Shown here: piece by piece, positions 24,950-38,327 of the stretch
Layout: every line of letters starts with the position of its first letter
Numbering within the stretch: position 1 is the first letter of the stretch
DNA from: Octopus vulgaris
Taxonomy: Eukaryota
Assembly: GCA_951406725.2 (NCBI GenBank)
Contig: OX597824.1
Location: 94,798,001 to 94,862,000, forward strand
Length of the DNA: 64,000 bases
Direction: 5' to 3'
Position numbers and translations under genes: made by a program
Notes under the pieces: model-generated
Seen by the model: only the letters and a program-made list of their open reading frames with translations
What the model was told of the DNA's origin: nothing
Databases searched by the model: none

Positions 24950-26945
24950 GGTGACACACACACACACAATATGACCACACAAAAACCCATTTTTTTGGTA
25001 CATCATTTTCATGATAAAATACCAATTTTCTTTGGGAAATTATATATCATTTGGAAAGTTCTGGATGTGAACTTTGTTCTCATATAGTTTTAATCAAAAT
25101 CTGACACTTACCCAAGATGTCACGGTCCCTCAAACATCCTGGTGTCTCCACCCATTCACAAAGTTAATCCCATTTTCTTTTGCTATTTTTGACTGCTGAA
25201 TGCTAGCTCTCGATCTAGTTCAGTGCTCTTGAACACTATAAACTCAAGTTGTGTTAATAATCGTATATGCAGGTAGACGATTTTTTAATATTTATTTTGC
25301 TATAAATCTTGATGGTGATAGGTCAAATAATCGTTACGAAACATAAGAGGGAAAACCACATCCTGCTCTTGTGAAAATGTAAACAGTGTGACAAAAATAT
25401 CTGACTATGTTTAAATCATGGGAAAAAAGATTCAAAAATCACATAGCCTACATAATAATATTCATTGTACAATATAATTTTTATTGATGAAAATAGAGAC
25501 CAGTATTTCTTTAAGAAATATTTTATAGGCATAGGAGTGGCTCTGTGGTAAGTAGCTTGCTTACAAACCACATGGTTCTGAGTTCAAAAATCACATAAGA
25601 CTTTAATAGCCTACATAATAATATTCATTGTACAATATAATTTTTATTGATGAAAATAGACCAGTATTTCTTTAAGAAATATTTTATAGGCATAGGAGTG
25701 GCTGTGTGGTAAGTAGCTTGCTTATGAACCACATGGTTCCGGGTTCAGTCCCACTGCATTGCACTTAGGGCAAGTGTCTTCTGCTATAGCCTTGGGCCGA
25801 CCAAAGCCTTGTGAGTGGATTTGGTAGACGGAAACTGAAAAAAAGCCTGTCATATATATGTATATATATGTATGTGTGTGTATATGTTTGTGTGTCTGTA
25901 TTTGTCCTCCCAACATCACTTGACAACTGATACAGGTGTGTTTACGTCCCCGTAACTTAGCGGTTCGGCAAAAGAGACCGATAAAATAAGTACTAGGCTT
26001 ACAAAGAATAAGTCCTGGGGATGATTTGCTCGACTAAAGGTGGTGCTCCAGCATGGCCACAGTCAAATGACTGAAACAAGTAAAAGAGTAAATACAAAAT
26101 TCGAAGAATATGCGCAAGGTCACTTGGTACAAAGTGATAGAGAATAAACAACATTATCAATATGACAATAACATGCTAATTTTGGACTCTTGAGGCCCTA
26201 TTGAACTCAACTTAGTGCGAATTCCTGTAGAAATATGTTTACTTACCAATTAATTTGTTCATTTCTTGGAATTCTGAATCAGAATTGATATTTGAATCCT
26301 TGAATTCATTTTCCTCTTGCTAAGAAGGAATCTGTCAATTTAATAAGTAGCGTCAATATGTGTTGTATGTATACAAAAAGTGTCAATATACCACCCTCTT
26401 CTTTCACTTTACACTTTTCTCTGCCATACCTTGACCAGAATCGGCAATGTCCATGATGGTTTAGCAAGAAATTTTTCTTTCTTATAGTATGAAAATCTTG
26501 AAGGAAATTATCTTCTTTTCTGAGTAAAAATTAGCAATAAACATTTCGCTTTCATATTTTGCGACAGTATCTGACGACCTACCCTCATTGAGTTTTATAT
26601 CAAAATAAAGCTAAGACATTAAATCTATAAGAATATACAATTTTTAACAAAACTTGACTTATGGCGCCCGAGTGCATTGATGTAGAACGAGAGCTACTGT
26701 TCAGAAGATTAAAAAAAAAAAGAAAACTGGGACCAACTTTGAAAATGCGTGAAACTATCAGGGTTTTTGAGGAACCCCTGACATGATATGTACCTGTTGG
26801 ATTTTAATTAAAACTATATGTAAGAATGTTCACACCCAAAGCTTTTCAAATGATGTATAATTTTCCATGGGAAAACAGTATTTTGACATGAAAATGATAA
26901 GCAAAAAATGTGTTTTTTTCTTGTTCAAACTGTACTTGTCTCCAT
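24950..26945. mobile_element. Old non-autonomous DNA element with about 400-bp imperfect terminal inverted repeats
   Basis: About 24980-25355 aligns to the reverse complement of about 26540-26920 (e.g. catcattttcatgataaaatac vs tatcattttcatgtcaaaatac; catatagttttaatcaaaatc vs catatagttttaattaaaatc). Confidence 0.75.
25686..26090 (+). mobile_element. Family A tRNA-derived SINE nested in the long-TIR element
   Basis: Full head, microsatellite centre and gtaaaagagt tail. Confidence 0.9.
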
Positions 26946-27714
26946 TGTATGGCACTCTCTAGTGATACCTAATTATAGCAACATTTTTCATTGATAAAGT
27001 AACTCCTTCCTTCTGTTTGTTTATGAGTCCCTTTCTGAGTGTATAGAAATCCTTAAAAACAAAAAAAATGTTCATGCAGAATTCAACAAAATATATTTTT
27101 CTATATATTCATTTTGATGGGTAATTTTTCAACAGCTGATAAATACCTGTCAGATTGTAATAAATTACTGGTAATTAAAGCAAATATTATTTTTAAGACC
27201 CAAGAAAATAAGAGAATTTGTGATAGATAGTGTCTAAATTGTCTGATACTAATTATTGTCAAATATATGATATTTTAAATTAAAGATCTGAAGTTAGATA
27301 ACTTTAGAAATTCAAAAACATCTTCAACGGAAGTAAATTTTTGGCATTCAAAATTGTTTCACCAAATCTTAAAAATCATCCACATTCTATGATTTCGTTA
27401 GCAAATAAATATTTATGTCACACCAAATATTCTCATTCCTGTTTGTAGTTTGACGGTTGAATTTTGTTGGTTGTATTTGTGAGTTTACAAGACTCCTCAG
27501 TAGCTAAGTGCATTCAAAATACAATTCTGTCGGTAATTTTAAACTGTTTGATTTAAATGCTTTAAATCATATCTCTGCTGTACATTAATTTCTTAATAAA
27601 ACCTGTTCTAAGAACCATAATTTCTCTGTCAGGAAATTAGTAACAGCAGAAAACTTTTTCTTGGATTTCCCTTAGAATTTGATATTGAAGTAATTCACAA
27701 TACTTTGTCATATT

Positions 27715-28007
27715 CAGCGTGGAAGGTGTTTATAAGCCACTTAAGAAACACACGAAAACCGTTAGATTCACTTCAACATTTAGTTTGTCAAAATACTTTC
27801 GTCGCTTTGAGACCATTTGTCAGTGAAGAGGTTGCGGTCTCAAAGCGACGAAAATATTTCGACAAATTAAATTTAAATGTTGAAGTGAATCTAACGGTTT
27901 TTGTGTGTTTCTTAAATGGTTTATAAACACCTTCCACGCTGCAATTGTTTTCATTCTAGCACACGATCTCAGATCAGGTCACTTGCTATGCAAGTACGTC
28001 TCCGTAA
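27715..28007. mobile_element. Penelope-like insertion with inverted duplication and 11-bp TSD
   Basis: About 100-bp inverted arms (27715-27814 and 27836-27941). TSD TTTGTCATATT at 27704-27714 and 28008-28018. Hammerhead-like motif at 27816-27866. Confidence 0.75.
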
Positions 28008-29838
28008 TTTGTCATATTTCACTAAAGTAAAAACATAAATTTTAAACGTTAGATCACTGTAAACAACCAGTAATTGTAGTATTTGTTTGACAATTCTGAA
28101 GTTTAAAATTCATAAAAAGCTGGGTTAACGATGTCTATTTTAAGATTGTATTTCTACCTTGACAAACAAATGTTACTTCATTCTTAAAACTGAGTGATTA
28201 TCATACTTTATCTTTAAGAAAAGTTTAATCTTAATTAAGGAATTTGGTTAAGAGGATGTCAAAGGTTTTGCTGGTATGAATAATAATAATCTGGGTTTAG
28301 TTATAAAATGTTTTATGTGAGGTATACATGCCCATCACTTTTTCTTTATTTTTATGTATTGTAAAGTAGTTTGTATTACGAAGTGCTTCCTACTGTGGAA
28401 ACAACAAAGTTGAATGTATGAGCAAAACATGGTCCCTTCACTCATCTAGGTGGGCTGTGACTGCAAATAACTAATTCAATCCTGTTCAACTGTTGCCCAA
28501 CATGCAAAGCACATGTAAAATTATGGTGATGATGATCTTTCATCTCACCTATCTCCTCTCAAAATGTGTTTCTAAGGCTGCAGGTACTGTTAATTAAGCA
28601 TAATTGTTTGTTGCACTTACCTACAAACAAATAAAGTAATAGAGTAGAGCTAAAAAATTAATTAAAGTAATGTAGTTGAGCTAAATGACATGATTTCATT
28701 CTTGTTTTTTCCCTCCTCAAATTCTTGGAAATGCTGAACATTAAATACAGTATTTAGTTGCATCTCTTCTTGTTCGGAGTTTAACTTAGCCTATCATATT
28801 TCCTGTGCCTGTAAAACGAACATCAAGGTCAATTAAAAAACTGGCTACACACTCTCCTCCCAAGTTTTGCCAGACTGTACAAAATTCTAAAATCAATAGT
28901 GGCTTTTTTATTATTAAAAATATTAATGATGTATAAATTATTAATTTGTGCACACATCTGTTTGTTAGTGTGTATGTATATCTGTGTCTGTCTGGTTTCG
29001 TGTAGGCCTCTGACACAACTGAATTACAGTTCACATGTCCTCTCTTCCTTTAAAATTCTCTGGAATTTTCTCCCAGTCACAAATTTCTTGCAGTTGTCAA
29101 TCAGATCCTCAGAACCTTAAAATGGTTATCAGCTGTGTTTTCCTTGTTTGAGAAACCCTACAATGGTCAGGGGCCCACTGTCCCTCCCACTTTGCTTACT
29201 AAAAATTGTATGTGTGTAGATATAGATTAATAGATAACTAGATGCAGATTTTCTAGCTATTTGAACAGCTCTTCCATTATTCATAGTTAAAAATCAAGCT
29301 AACTTAACCTTGAAATCGTTTCATTTTACCATTGTCTTCATGACTTTTGCAATCTTAATATAATGCTGCAATGCTGCAGACAATCTTTCACAAGAAATCT
29401 ATTAACATGGAAATTCTAAGTTTCTTTTTCACTGCTTTTATATAAAATTTCAAATTGCTTAAACAGAAATGTTTTCATAAATAAAAGTTACGAGGAATAT
29501 AAAACGAAATAAAATTGAAAATGCCTCAAAAACTAAACTTAAAATATAAAACTTAATTAAAATTCAGGTTTGAAAGAAAAAAATCTTTATATTGTAATTT
29601 GAATTAATTTGAATTCTACTGTTATTGAATTTTGGTTTATCTTTAAATCTTAAGATTTTATTTTCTAAAATCTTATTCATATAAAAATGAAAAAAGATTT
29701 GGAAGTGCTCATCTATGGCAAATAAATTTATTGTGAGTGTTATACGTATGTAACATAACGGTGTTAACGAGATGATGGTGCAAGGGATGAGTTAGGCATT
29801 TTGTCAGACTGGTTTCAGTCCCTACTTAGTGCAGTTTC

Positions 29839-30068
29839 CTAACCTTTTAGCATTCAGATTACTCTGTCAAATGTAACATATAACATTCACAATGATTTGA
29901 ATTAATCATGCATTGTCTTGTAGCTTTGAGATTTCGATGGTGTGATCGCTTATGTTTTGAAAGACGTTGTTAGGTGGATGTGAGAGGCCATATCTGGCTG
30001 GTTTGAACATAAAAAACAAGTAGAAAATTTGGGACTGGATTTGGCTGGTCTAAATGCCAAAGGGTTAA
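29839..30068. mobile_element. piggyBac-type MITE (family D)
   Basis: ctaaccttttagcattcag ... aatgccaaagggttaa. Confidence 0.85.
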
Positions 30069-31327
30069 GCACTTGGGTTGCTAATGTCATTGGGTAAGGC
30101 AAGAATGTCAGAATTATTTTATTGTTGAAATCTGTAGGACACTCCAACCATACCCATGCATACGACAGGCTGGAATAAAAGCAAAAATACAGATATTTGG
30201 TGTTATATGAATACGAGATAAATGTAAATAAAAAAGAGGGGGGGGGGCACATGTTCGTGTTTCATCAGTCACAACCATCATCCTTTTATGTCAGTTTTTC
30301 CATGCTCTCATGGGTTGAATGAGTATTCTCTAATGCCTTGTTCCATTCTCATCTTTTCCATGAAGTTTACTATCCTGATAATTGATCTTCATCACTTCCT
30401 ATGTCTTCCTCTTCCGTAAATTTCTTCTACTTGGGGCTACCTGGCACTTCTTTACTCAGCTATCATCCTCACCTGTGTCATACATCTATATTGACAGAGT
30501 CTCTCTTGCACACTACAGCCAATTCCACTTCTGTCCAGTTCTTCTCTTTGCTCATTTGGGACCATTTAAACTCAAATTTACATTTAAACTTCTAATCATT
30601 CAATTAACACTAAATTTAAATTCTTCATTAACACTAAAATTATGTACTTCATTCTTTCTGACCTTTTGCACATCCTTTGCATTCAGTGCTCATGTCTTGC
30701 TTCTCTGCTGTATTGCACTTTGCATACAAATATCAGACAATCTGTTTTTCACTCAAAGAGAGAAGTCCCTAGCTTATAACTCCTTGAACCTTTCCCACGG
30801 TTCTTATTTTATTCTCATTCTAGCTACTCTGCTATCAGAACATTCACCTCCTCCACTACTGATTATGTCACATACATAGTAGAAGCTATCAATTACTTCT
30901 ATGGAACCTTCTGGGTATTTGAAAGAATTTATTTCATAGGTCACTTACTGCTAGCGATTCGTTTGCATATTCGACATATGTCACTTACCCACCTGCTTGT
31001 CATTTTATTCTACCTGTGCAGCTATTGTTTACATTCAGCACACAGTATGGAATCATTATCAATTCCATTTCAGCATATATGGAGCTGAGCTACTTCCCAG
31101 ACACCAGTAGAGTCTTGTCACTTCTGTGAACTGAAGCTTTTGTCTTGTCTGCTAAGTTTAAAGTTTCTTGAATCTTCATTTTGTTTCCAAAACTTGTCTC
31201 TTAATTTTTATGGCTTCATCATCCCATTACCATGTTGCCTTCCAGCTGGCTAACACCTTGCTCCTCCTACACAACTAGTCTATGGCTTACTGCAGGTTCC
31301 TTCAAACTCCTATTTCCTCTATCTCTA

Positions 31328-31557
31328 GGCAGTGGGCTGGCAGAAACGTTAGCACGCCGGGCAAAATGCGTAGCCGTATCTCGTCTGCCGTTAGGTTTTG
31401 GGTTTAAATTCCGCAAATTCGACTTTGCTTTTCATCCTTTTGGGGTCAATAAATTAAGTACCAGTTACGAACTGGGGTCGATGTAATTGACTTAATCCGT
31501 TTTTCTGTCCTTGTTTGTCCCTTCTGTGTTTAGCCCCTTGTGGGTAGTAAAGAAATA
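31328..31557 (+). mobile_element. Family B SINE
   Basis: Full head through the gtttagccccttgtgggtagtaaagaaata tail. Confidence 0.85.
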
Positions 31558-32126
31558 TATTACCTCTATCTCTTTCTCTTCATCACATGTCACCTAGTAC
31601 TTCTCTGGACCTACCTCTCTGAGTCTGTGTCACTCTTATTCCCAAGCCATTGATCCTAGTCTATGCTGAGTGTTCATTCTTTAATGAAAGAGGTTTAAGT
31701 GTTTACAATGACTTGTTTATCTTATTTCCTGGTCAATATGAAGTTTATTTGGCTGATGCTTGACAGATTAAGAGCTGACAAAGTGGCTGAAGTAAGTGGA
31801 AAAATTGTGCCATGCAATTCCAGGAAACTTAAATTCATCTCCGTTCTTTGTTATGTATCCATAAGCTTCATGTACATTTAGAGTAGCAATCTTGATTTTA
31901 CCAACCTGCCTGTTGTGGTCACCAGTTATAATAACTAGATTCTCAATCATTGATGAGAAAGTGTACAAAAGGACACCATGGAAATGGTCTTTTTTGCTCA
32001 CCTGTCAGCCCTAAATGTGATGTATATGCAATGATCACCGTTGCTGCTGGCTTGCATTTCATTAGTCTAAGTTTAATTTTGCTGTTACAGGTTTTGACAA
32101 CCTCAGTTACTCAATACATTTTTATT

Positions 32127-32518
32127 CTCAGTATCGCCTGGCGTTGCTCGGGTTTGTTTCAATCCTTTAGAATTGGAATTTTTGAAAAGTAAAAATTTTG
32201 CGTTATGTAGCTTGTTATTCTCTTTAAGTGAACATTTTTTGGTTGAAATACAACAAAACATGACGGCAACACAGCAGTAAAAAAATCGTAAAAAATAGGG
32301 ATTTTCATAGAAAAAAAGCACCTTCTTGATGTAAATAATTTTTGGTGTTAACATGGTCCGATTTGAATTTTATCTTCTACGAAATGAAGAGCAAGCCTTC
32401 TTCTATCATACTCTCAATTTTGGTCAACTTGTGCAACAGGGTCTCGGAGGAGATAGTGTTAGTCGAAGGCTACCAAACCTGCCATACACAGACAACTTCA
32501 GCTTTATATATATATATG
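32127..32518 (+). mobile_element. Helentron/DINE-like non-autonomous rolling-circle element
   Basis: 5' cagtatcgcctggcgttgctcggg hairpin-type start and 3' cagacaacttcagctttatatatatat end resemble HINE termini (from memory). Confidence 0.55.
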
Positions 32519-33153
32519 TCTGTTCCAACCACCCCAGTGTTCTTACCCAATAGAATTTGTACTTCATGTAGTATGCATTTATTATTTGTGATCTAGTTTT
32601 TAGTAACAGCTATCGCTTAAATAGATTTGCCCTGAATTAAAAACAGTGTTGAGATGATGAATCCGTTTTTTTTTTAGTACAGAATAAATGCAATAAAGTG
32701 GAATTTAGGAATATGATGTTGGTAGCAGTGGTGTTCTGTTTGTGTATGCCTTTTGTTTACATATATATCTGAATGTAAATTGCTTTGTCCTGCAACCTGT
32801 TTTGCGTGTATGTGTGTGTTCGTTAAAGCCATTGGCTTGAATATATTAGGGAAATTTTGGGTGGTTAGCTGGTGATTCATAAACTTAATCATATGCTTAA
32901 CGGCATAGCCTATTAGTCCAGTTGGATTGGATAGAAATTAGCTTATTCCCCATGAATAGCATGTTATCCGTTAAAGATCCATGGTTCATGTATTCTTATG
33001 CAGAATTTGCAGAGCACTCCTGCTTGCAAAATATGGAAATACAACTTCTGGGTACTATGTGAATGCCTATTAATGAAAGTCTTGATATATTGTGTAGGCT
33101 GGCAGGTACTCTGTCATAATCAAATGGGTGAATGCACATGCATATGTGTGCAC

Positions 33154-33199
<46 letters not shown>

Positions 33200-33395
33200 G
33201 CGTTGAAGAATTTAATCAAGAAACTCATCTCTTCTACCGTCAACTACCAATGTTAGCAATCACTCATCAAAATGTCATGAATATGAGCGACTGCTTTTGA
33301 CTCCTTAGCAAGAATGTATTCTCTTTTGAATATTAAATGTTGTCAACTAGAGGTTTCTGTAAACCGGTTAAACAAATAGACAAAACCACACCTAA

Positions 33396-33441
<46 letters not shown>

Positions 33442-34107
33442 AAAATCGGTGGTGCATCAGCATGGTCGCAGCATACCTAAGGATTTTATACATATATAAA
33501 ATTGGCAGTGCATTAGCATGGCCACAGCTCTGAGCTGAAACTTTAAAAAAAATGTATATATATATATCACTTAAGAATTTGTTAGAATAAGAAGTTGCAA
33601 TTCAGTCAGTTACTATAGAAATATGATTTTTAATCAGATGACCATTGCACTAAAAGAGGGAGGAAAAAGATCCTTTTTTGTGGGGACAGCTATAAATAGG
33701 GCTTCAATTGTGAGACATCCTTAAGCTACTAGTATTAGTTTGTATAAAAAGTGAAGGAGGAGCTTAAGAAAATCCTGAAAGATAAAAAAAAAAAAAAATA
33801 AATTATTTGAAAATAATAATAAAATAAATTACTTTAAAGGATTTTATATGCTTGACCATAACAATTGCAATGAAACAATGCACCGATGGCATGTGCTGGT
33901 CACTCACTATTGTATTATAAAGAGCTTTGATTGCAATGCTTTATAAATAGCAACCAGTGAGTCGTAGGTGTTCATGAATGAATGCATTTAATACTTTGGG
34001 AGTAAAACACCAATCTAAGCTGTTAGCACAGTTTGACTTGATAACCTTAGACAAATCACCTGCTAGAAATAACAGCCAAACCCCTATCATTTTATACCAT
34101 GCCATCT

Positions 34108-34292
34108 TTAACCCCTTAGCACTCAGATTATTTTGTCAAATGTATTGCTTATTTATTCACATTGTTTTGAATAAATCATGCATTATCTCATAGTGTTGAG
34201 ATTATGATGATGTGATTGCATATTTTTAGAATGACATAGTAGGGTAGGTGTGAGAGGCCAGATATAGCAGGTTTGGATACTAAAGGGTTTAA
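34108..34292. mobile_element. piggyBac-type MITE (family D), internally deleted
   Basis: ttaaccccttagcact ... gatactaaagggtttaa. Confidence 0.8.
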
Positions 34293-34425
34293 AAATACTT
34301 ATGGAATGGCACATTGGATGGTGTAGTTCTAGAAGACCTGCCTGCAAGAAAAAAAAAGTTGGCTGTTCACAGAATGCTTATGATTTAAGGCTGCTCATTC
34401 AGGTTTGATCTGGGGCTACACATAA

Positions 34426-34588
34426 TCTGGCCAGATCCAGCCTTTGACACCTACCCTACAATGTCATTGTAAAAATAAACAATCACATCATTGAAATCTT
34501 GAAGCTATGAGATAATGCATGATTAATTCAAGACAGTTTTAATAAATAAGCTTTACATTATTTGACAATCTGAATGCTAAAGTGTTAA
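34426..34588. mobile_element. piggyBac-type MITE (family D), opposite orientation to 34108-34292
   Basis: Ends tctgaatgctaaagtgttaa. Body is the reverse complement of the family. Confidence 0.8.
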
Positions 34589-34652
34589 ATTAAATCTTTG
34601 TTGTATTTTATAAGATTTGTAGGATAATTTTTTTCATAAACTTTAGATTAAA

Positions 34653-34875
34653 TCATCTTCATCATCGTTTAATGTCTGTTTTCCATGCTGGCATGGGTTG
34701 GACGGTTCAACTGGGGTCTGGGAAGCCAGGAGGCTGCACCAGGCTCCAGTCTGATCTGGCAGTGTTTCTACAGCTGGATGCCCTTCCTAACGCCAACCAC
34801 TCTGAGAGTGTAGTGAGTACTTTTTATGTGCCGCCAGCACAGGGGCCAGTCAGGGCAGCACTGACATTGGCCATG
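34653..34875 (-). mobile_element. Family C retroposon
   Basis: catcatcgtttaatgtctgttttccatgctggcatgggttggacgg... Confidence 0.85.
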
Positions 34876-37498
34876 TCATGGAAATGTATTTATGAAAGAT
34901 GTCACTGCTAATTTTAGTGGTCATCAACTTAGAGACAACTTTTAAATGGTTTTCTTTCATTGTCGTTTTCATCATCACCATCTTCATTTACATCTCACTA
35001 CTTTCTGTGCTCACTTGTCATTTCTTCTGGGGAAGTTCAACATTTCTGAAATCTGTTTTCATTACTTCTGCCTATGTCTTTCTTGGTCTTCTTCCTTTCT
35101 GCAAAGGAACCACATCATCAGAACAGGGTGGCTGGAACTCTCAGTGAACCTTTTGAAGTCAAAACCTGGTGTTGTCCAAGGAAGCATCTGGCTCCCTTCA
35201 CTTTTTCTGTTATTGACCGATTATGTGATAGGAAAAAAAAAACCTTGTAAGGAAGAGTTTGGTGGAATACAAGGAATAAATAAGTTGCTACTGATCTTCG
35301 TTAATGCCAATAACCTGGTACCGATTACAAGAACAGCGAAAGAAATGCAATTAATATTGAAATAGTTTAATAACAGTTGGAAGCAAAGTTGGTCTGGTTA
35401 TTAACAGAAACGATGAATATGAATAATAACCAATCCATCCAGCTGCAGTATGATGACTTTGAGTACCTGGGAACTATGGCTGTAATTAATGACTTGTTTG
35501 GTTTGCATTTAGGGGGAATAACTAAAAGAAAGAACAAGAATGTGTGAGTTAAAATTGAATTGAAAGTCCAATTATCTTTTGACAAACCCAAAGATGAAAA
35601 TTTGTATAGATGAATAGTATTTCTTATTTATTTCTATTTCTTATTTGATCTTGGCACATTACATTCATTGCAAAATCCCCTAGCATAAAGCCTAATGTAG
35701 AATATAGAGAATCAGGTGGTCAGATCAAGGGACCAATGTGTGGGGTGAGAGAAATAAATGTGACACCGATTGACAACTTAATACGATTGCTGTGTTGGAG
35801 ATGGCTTGAACTCATTTATGGGTGAGATGGACAGCCAGTGGTGGAAGAGGGAAATTGTGAGAAATGTGATGACGAGAGATGTAAATAATGTGAAGCTGAC
35901 TTCAGAGTGATGGCACAAATTGGAGTGGTTGGCAGAAATTCATCTAAACTCTTTGTATCATATGAGTGCCAGAGGATTAGAGGGAGACCCTTTGTAGTCT
36001 AAGCCTTTCTTCTGCCAGTTTTTTTCACTGGTTCAGCTATGAGGACTATGTAATTAGTATACAGAAGTTCCCATGGATAGCTGTCTTAAACCCCTCTGAA
36101 ATGGGCTAGATGATTGTAATAGTCAAAAGGAGACATGACTGGCCTGTTTCTTGGGTCTATTTAGGGCAGACTCTCTCTCTTTTCTATGCCTCCTGTTTCA
36201 GCATCAGTGAAGGCAAGCACATCACAGTAATTCCATACACACTTCTCTTGAACAAAGGCTTAATTCTTTCTGTTACACTGCTTTGCAATCCAGAGCGTTT
36301 TATGCCCCTGATCCACATTGTAGAACCTACAAACCTCTTACTTTTGGCTTCCCCTCTTGTTATGTCTACTTTGTCTTCTAGTTAACAGATGCTGGTTTTT
36401 CTCTCATTTTTTTTTCTTCCAGTCTTTCCAACCTCTTAATTTTTATGTCTCTGTTGATTTACACAGTTCCTAGCTTGAACCTTGCATCAAGCACAGACCT
36501 GGGCTGTTACTCGAAACAGGTCTCTAAAAATTCCCTGTTGTCCTCCATCTCCTCTTTTTGCCAGTCATATACACCAGCCAATCAGAAAGTGTTTTCAGCT
36601 TCTGTAGTTCCCTTCACCAGATTGTCTGTCTTGCTCTTTTTTATCTTGAGGGTTGCTGATCACCAGTCAATATTGTGTGACTCATTATTCTCCAAGGCAA
36701 GCCACAGTATTCACAGTCAGTTGCATATCTTGTTTCCTGGTGAATTTGTGGTCTATTTTGTTTGCATGTCTGCCTTAGTTGTAGACAATCAAATGGTTGG
36801 TCACGTTCTTGAAGTTAGTGTTGCAAATCGTTAGGTCATTTGTGTCACAGCAAATGGAGCTTTTATTCTTCTCTGTCACTCACCACATCCATAGCCTGCA
36901 TGTACATAGGAGAAGCATGTTTATTAAGGACAACAGTCATGATAACAAGGTTGCCTTCATTTGTTAGTGAAACAGTCTGCAAGTGGGCCTTATAAAAACG
37001 GTCCATTCATTCACCTGTCATCCTTCATTGTGATTCATATGCAGAGACGTCACCATCATGTTGTTTGTGACAAAGCTTAATTATTCTATGGCACACACTG
37101 ATAAACCTCAGCTACCTTATCTGTCAGCAATTTACCTACTCCACCCACCCCTCATTGGTACCCACCCAAGAGAATCTGTAACTCTGTTCTTTGTCACGAA
37201 GAGTCTAGTTGAGCTTTTGCTTCGTCTTGCTTGTTGTTCAGAGCTTTTGTTGTGCTTATGTAAATAGTGACAGTGAAAGAGGTGAGGACCTTTCTCTTGG
37301 AGGGTGAATAAATAATTTGATGTTTGTTTTCTGCATCTCAAAAACAGAGAGTTTGTGTGGTTGTTTTGTTGATGGCCAGTGGGTTCCCATATGACCAGGC
37401 GTTTTCATGTACTAAATTATTAGTACAGCCAATCACTGATTACCTTTTGAATCTAGAGAAGTGGGAGCATGCACATAAACACATGCACACACTGCAAC

Positions 37499-37535
<37 letters not shown>

Positions 37536-38119
37536 TGTGTGTATTAAGAGGGCTTACTGAATACCACATGTGGTAGCAATCAGAGATCAGAACTATTTTC
37601 TTTATACTAGTTGCTAAGAGGATGCATCATGTATGATTCACGATACGCTTTTATGAGATTGGAGGTGTGTATGGGGGTGGGGGATTTGGGCAGGTTGCTG
37701 AGAAAGAAACATGTTTCCCCACCTCTTGGCAGTATGTAGATGTAAAAATCTGCTTTCTCTTGATGGAATCTTTTGCAAAACACCAGACATGATGAAAGTA
37801 TGTAGAATCAACAAATATAATTTGTTCGTTTATACTATTACTTTTTCGTGCTAGCATGGGTTAGGTGAATACAAAGGGCATTGTTTAACAGCTAAATACC
37901 CTTCCTGTCGTTATATCCCTTATCAGTTGTTGCAAATAAGGGATGTCTTATTTCATTTGTGTTTAATGGTACAAAATGAGTCAGATGGATGATTTACCGA
38001 TAGGAGAAGTGACAGAAAGAATACTGTTTGTAGTTCACAACTTTTGCAGAGCATAAATCTAAAGAAACACACGTTTGTGCAGGTGTGGGTGTGTGCAGGC
38101 ACACCCATGCACATATGCA

Positions 38120-38327
38120 GTCGTCCAAGAATTTGCACCTGGAGATCTCCATTTCCAGCGACTTCGAGGGCCACCTCCTCCCAGTGGTGTCGGGCGTCAA
38201 CGAAGAGCCCTCAACTACAACAAGACGACCAAAGCCCCACCCCCACCCCCAGGTCTGGGGTCTCCCGCTCCCAAGCCCTAGACCATCACCTAATCACCTT
38301 TACCTGTCTTGTTGCTTAACAACAACA
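38120..38327 (+). mobile_element. Short 5'-truncated LINE 3' end with (AAC)n tail
   Basis: GC-rich island ending ttaacaacaaca. Flanking 13-bp direct repeat ATGCACATATGCA (38107-38119) / ATGCACTTATGCA (38328-38340). Confidence 0.6.
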
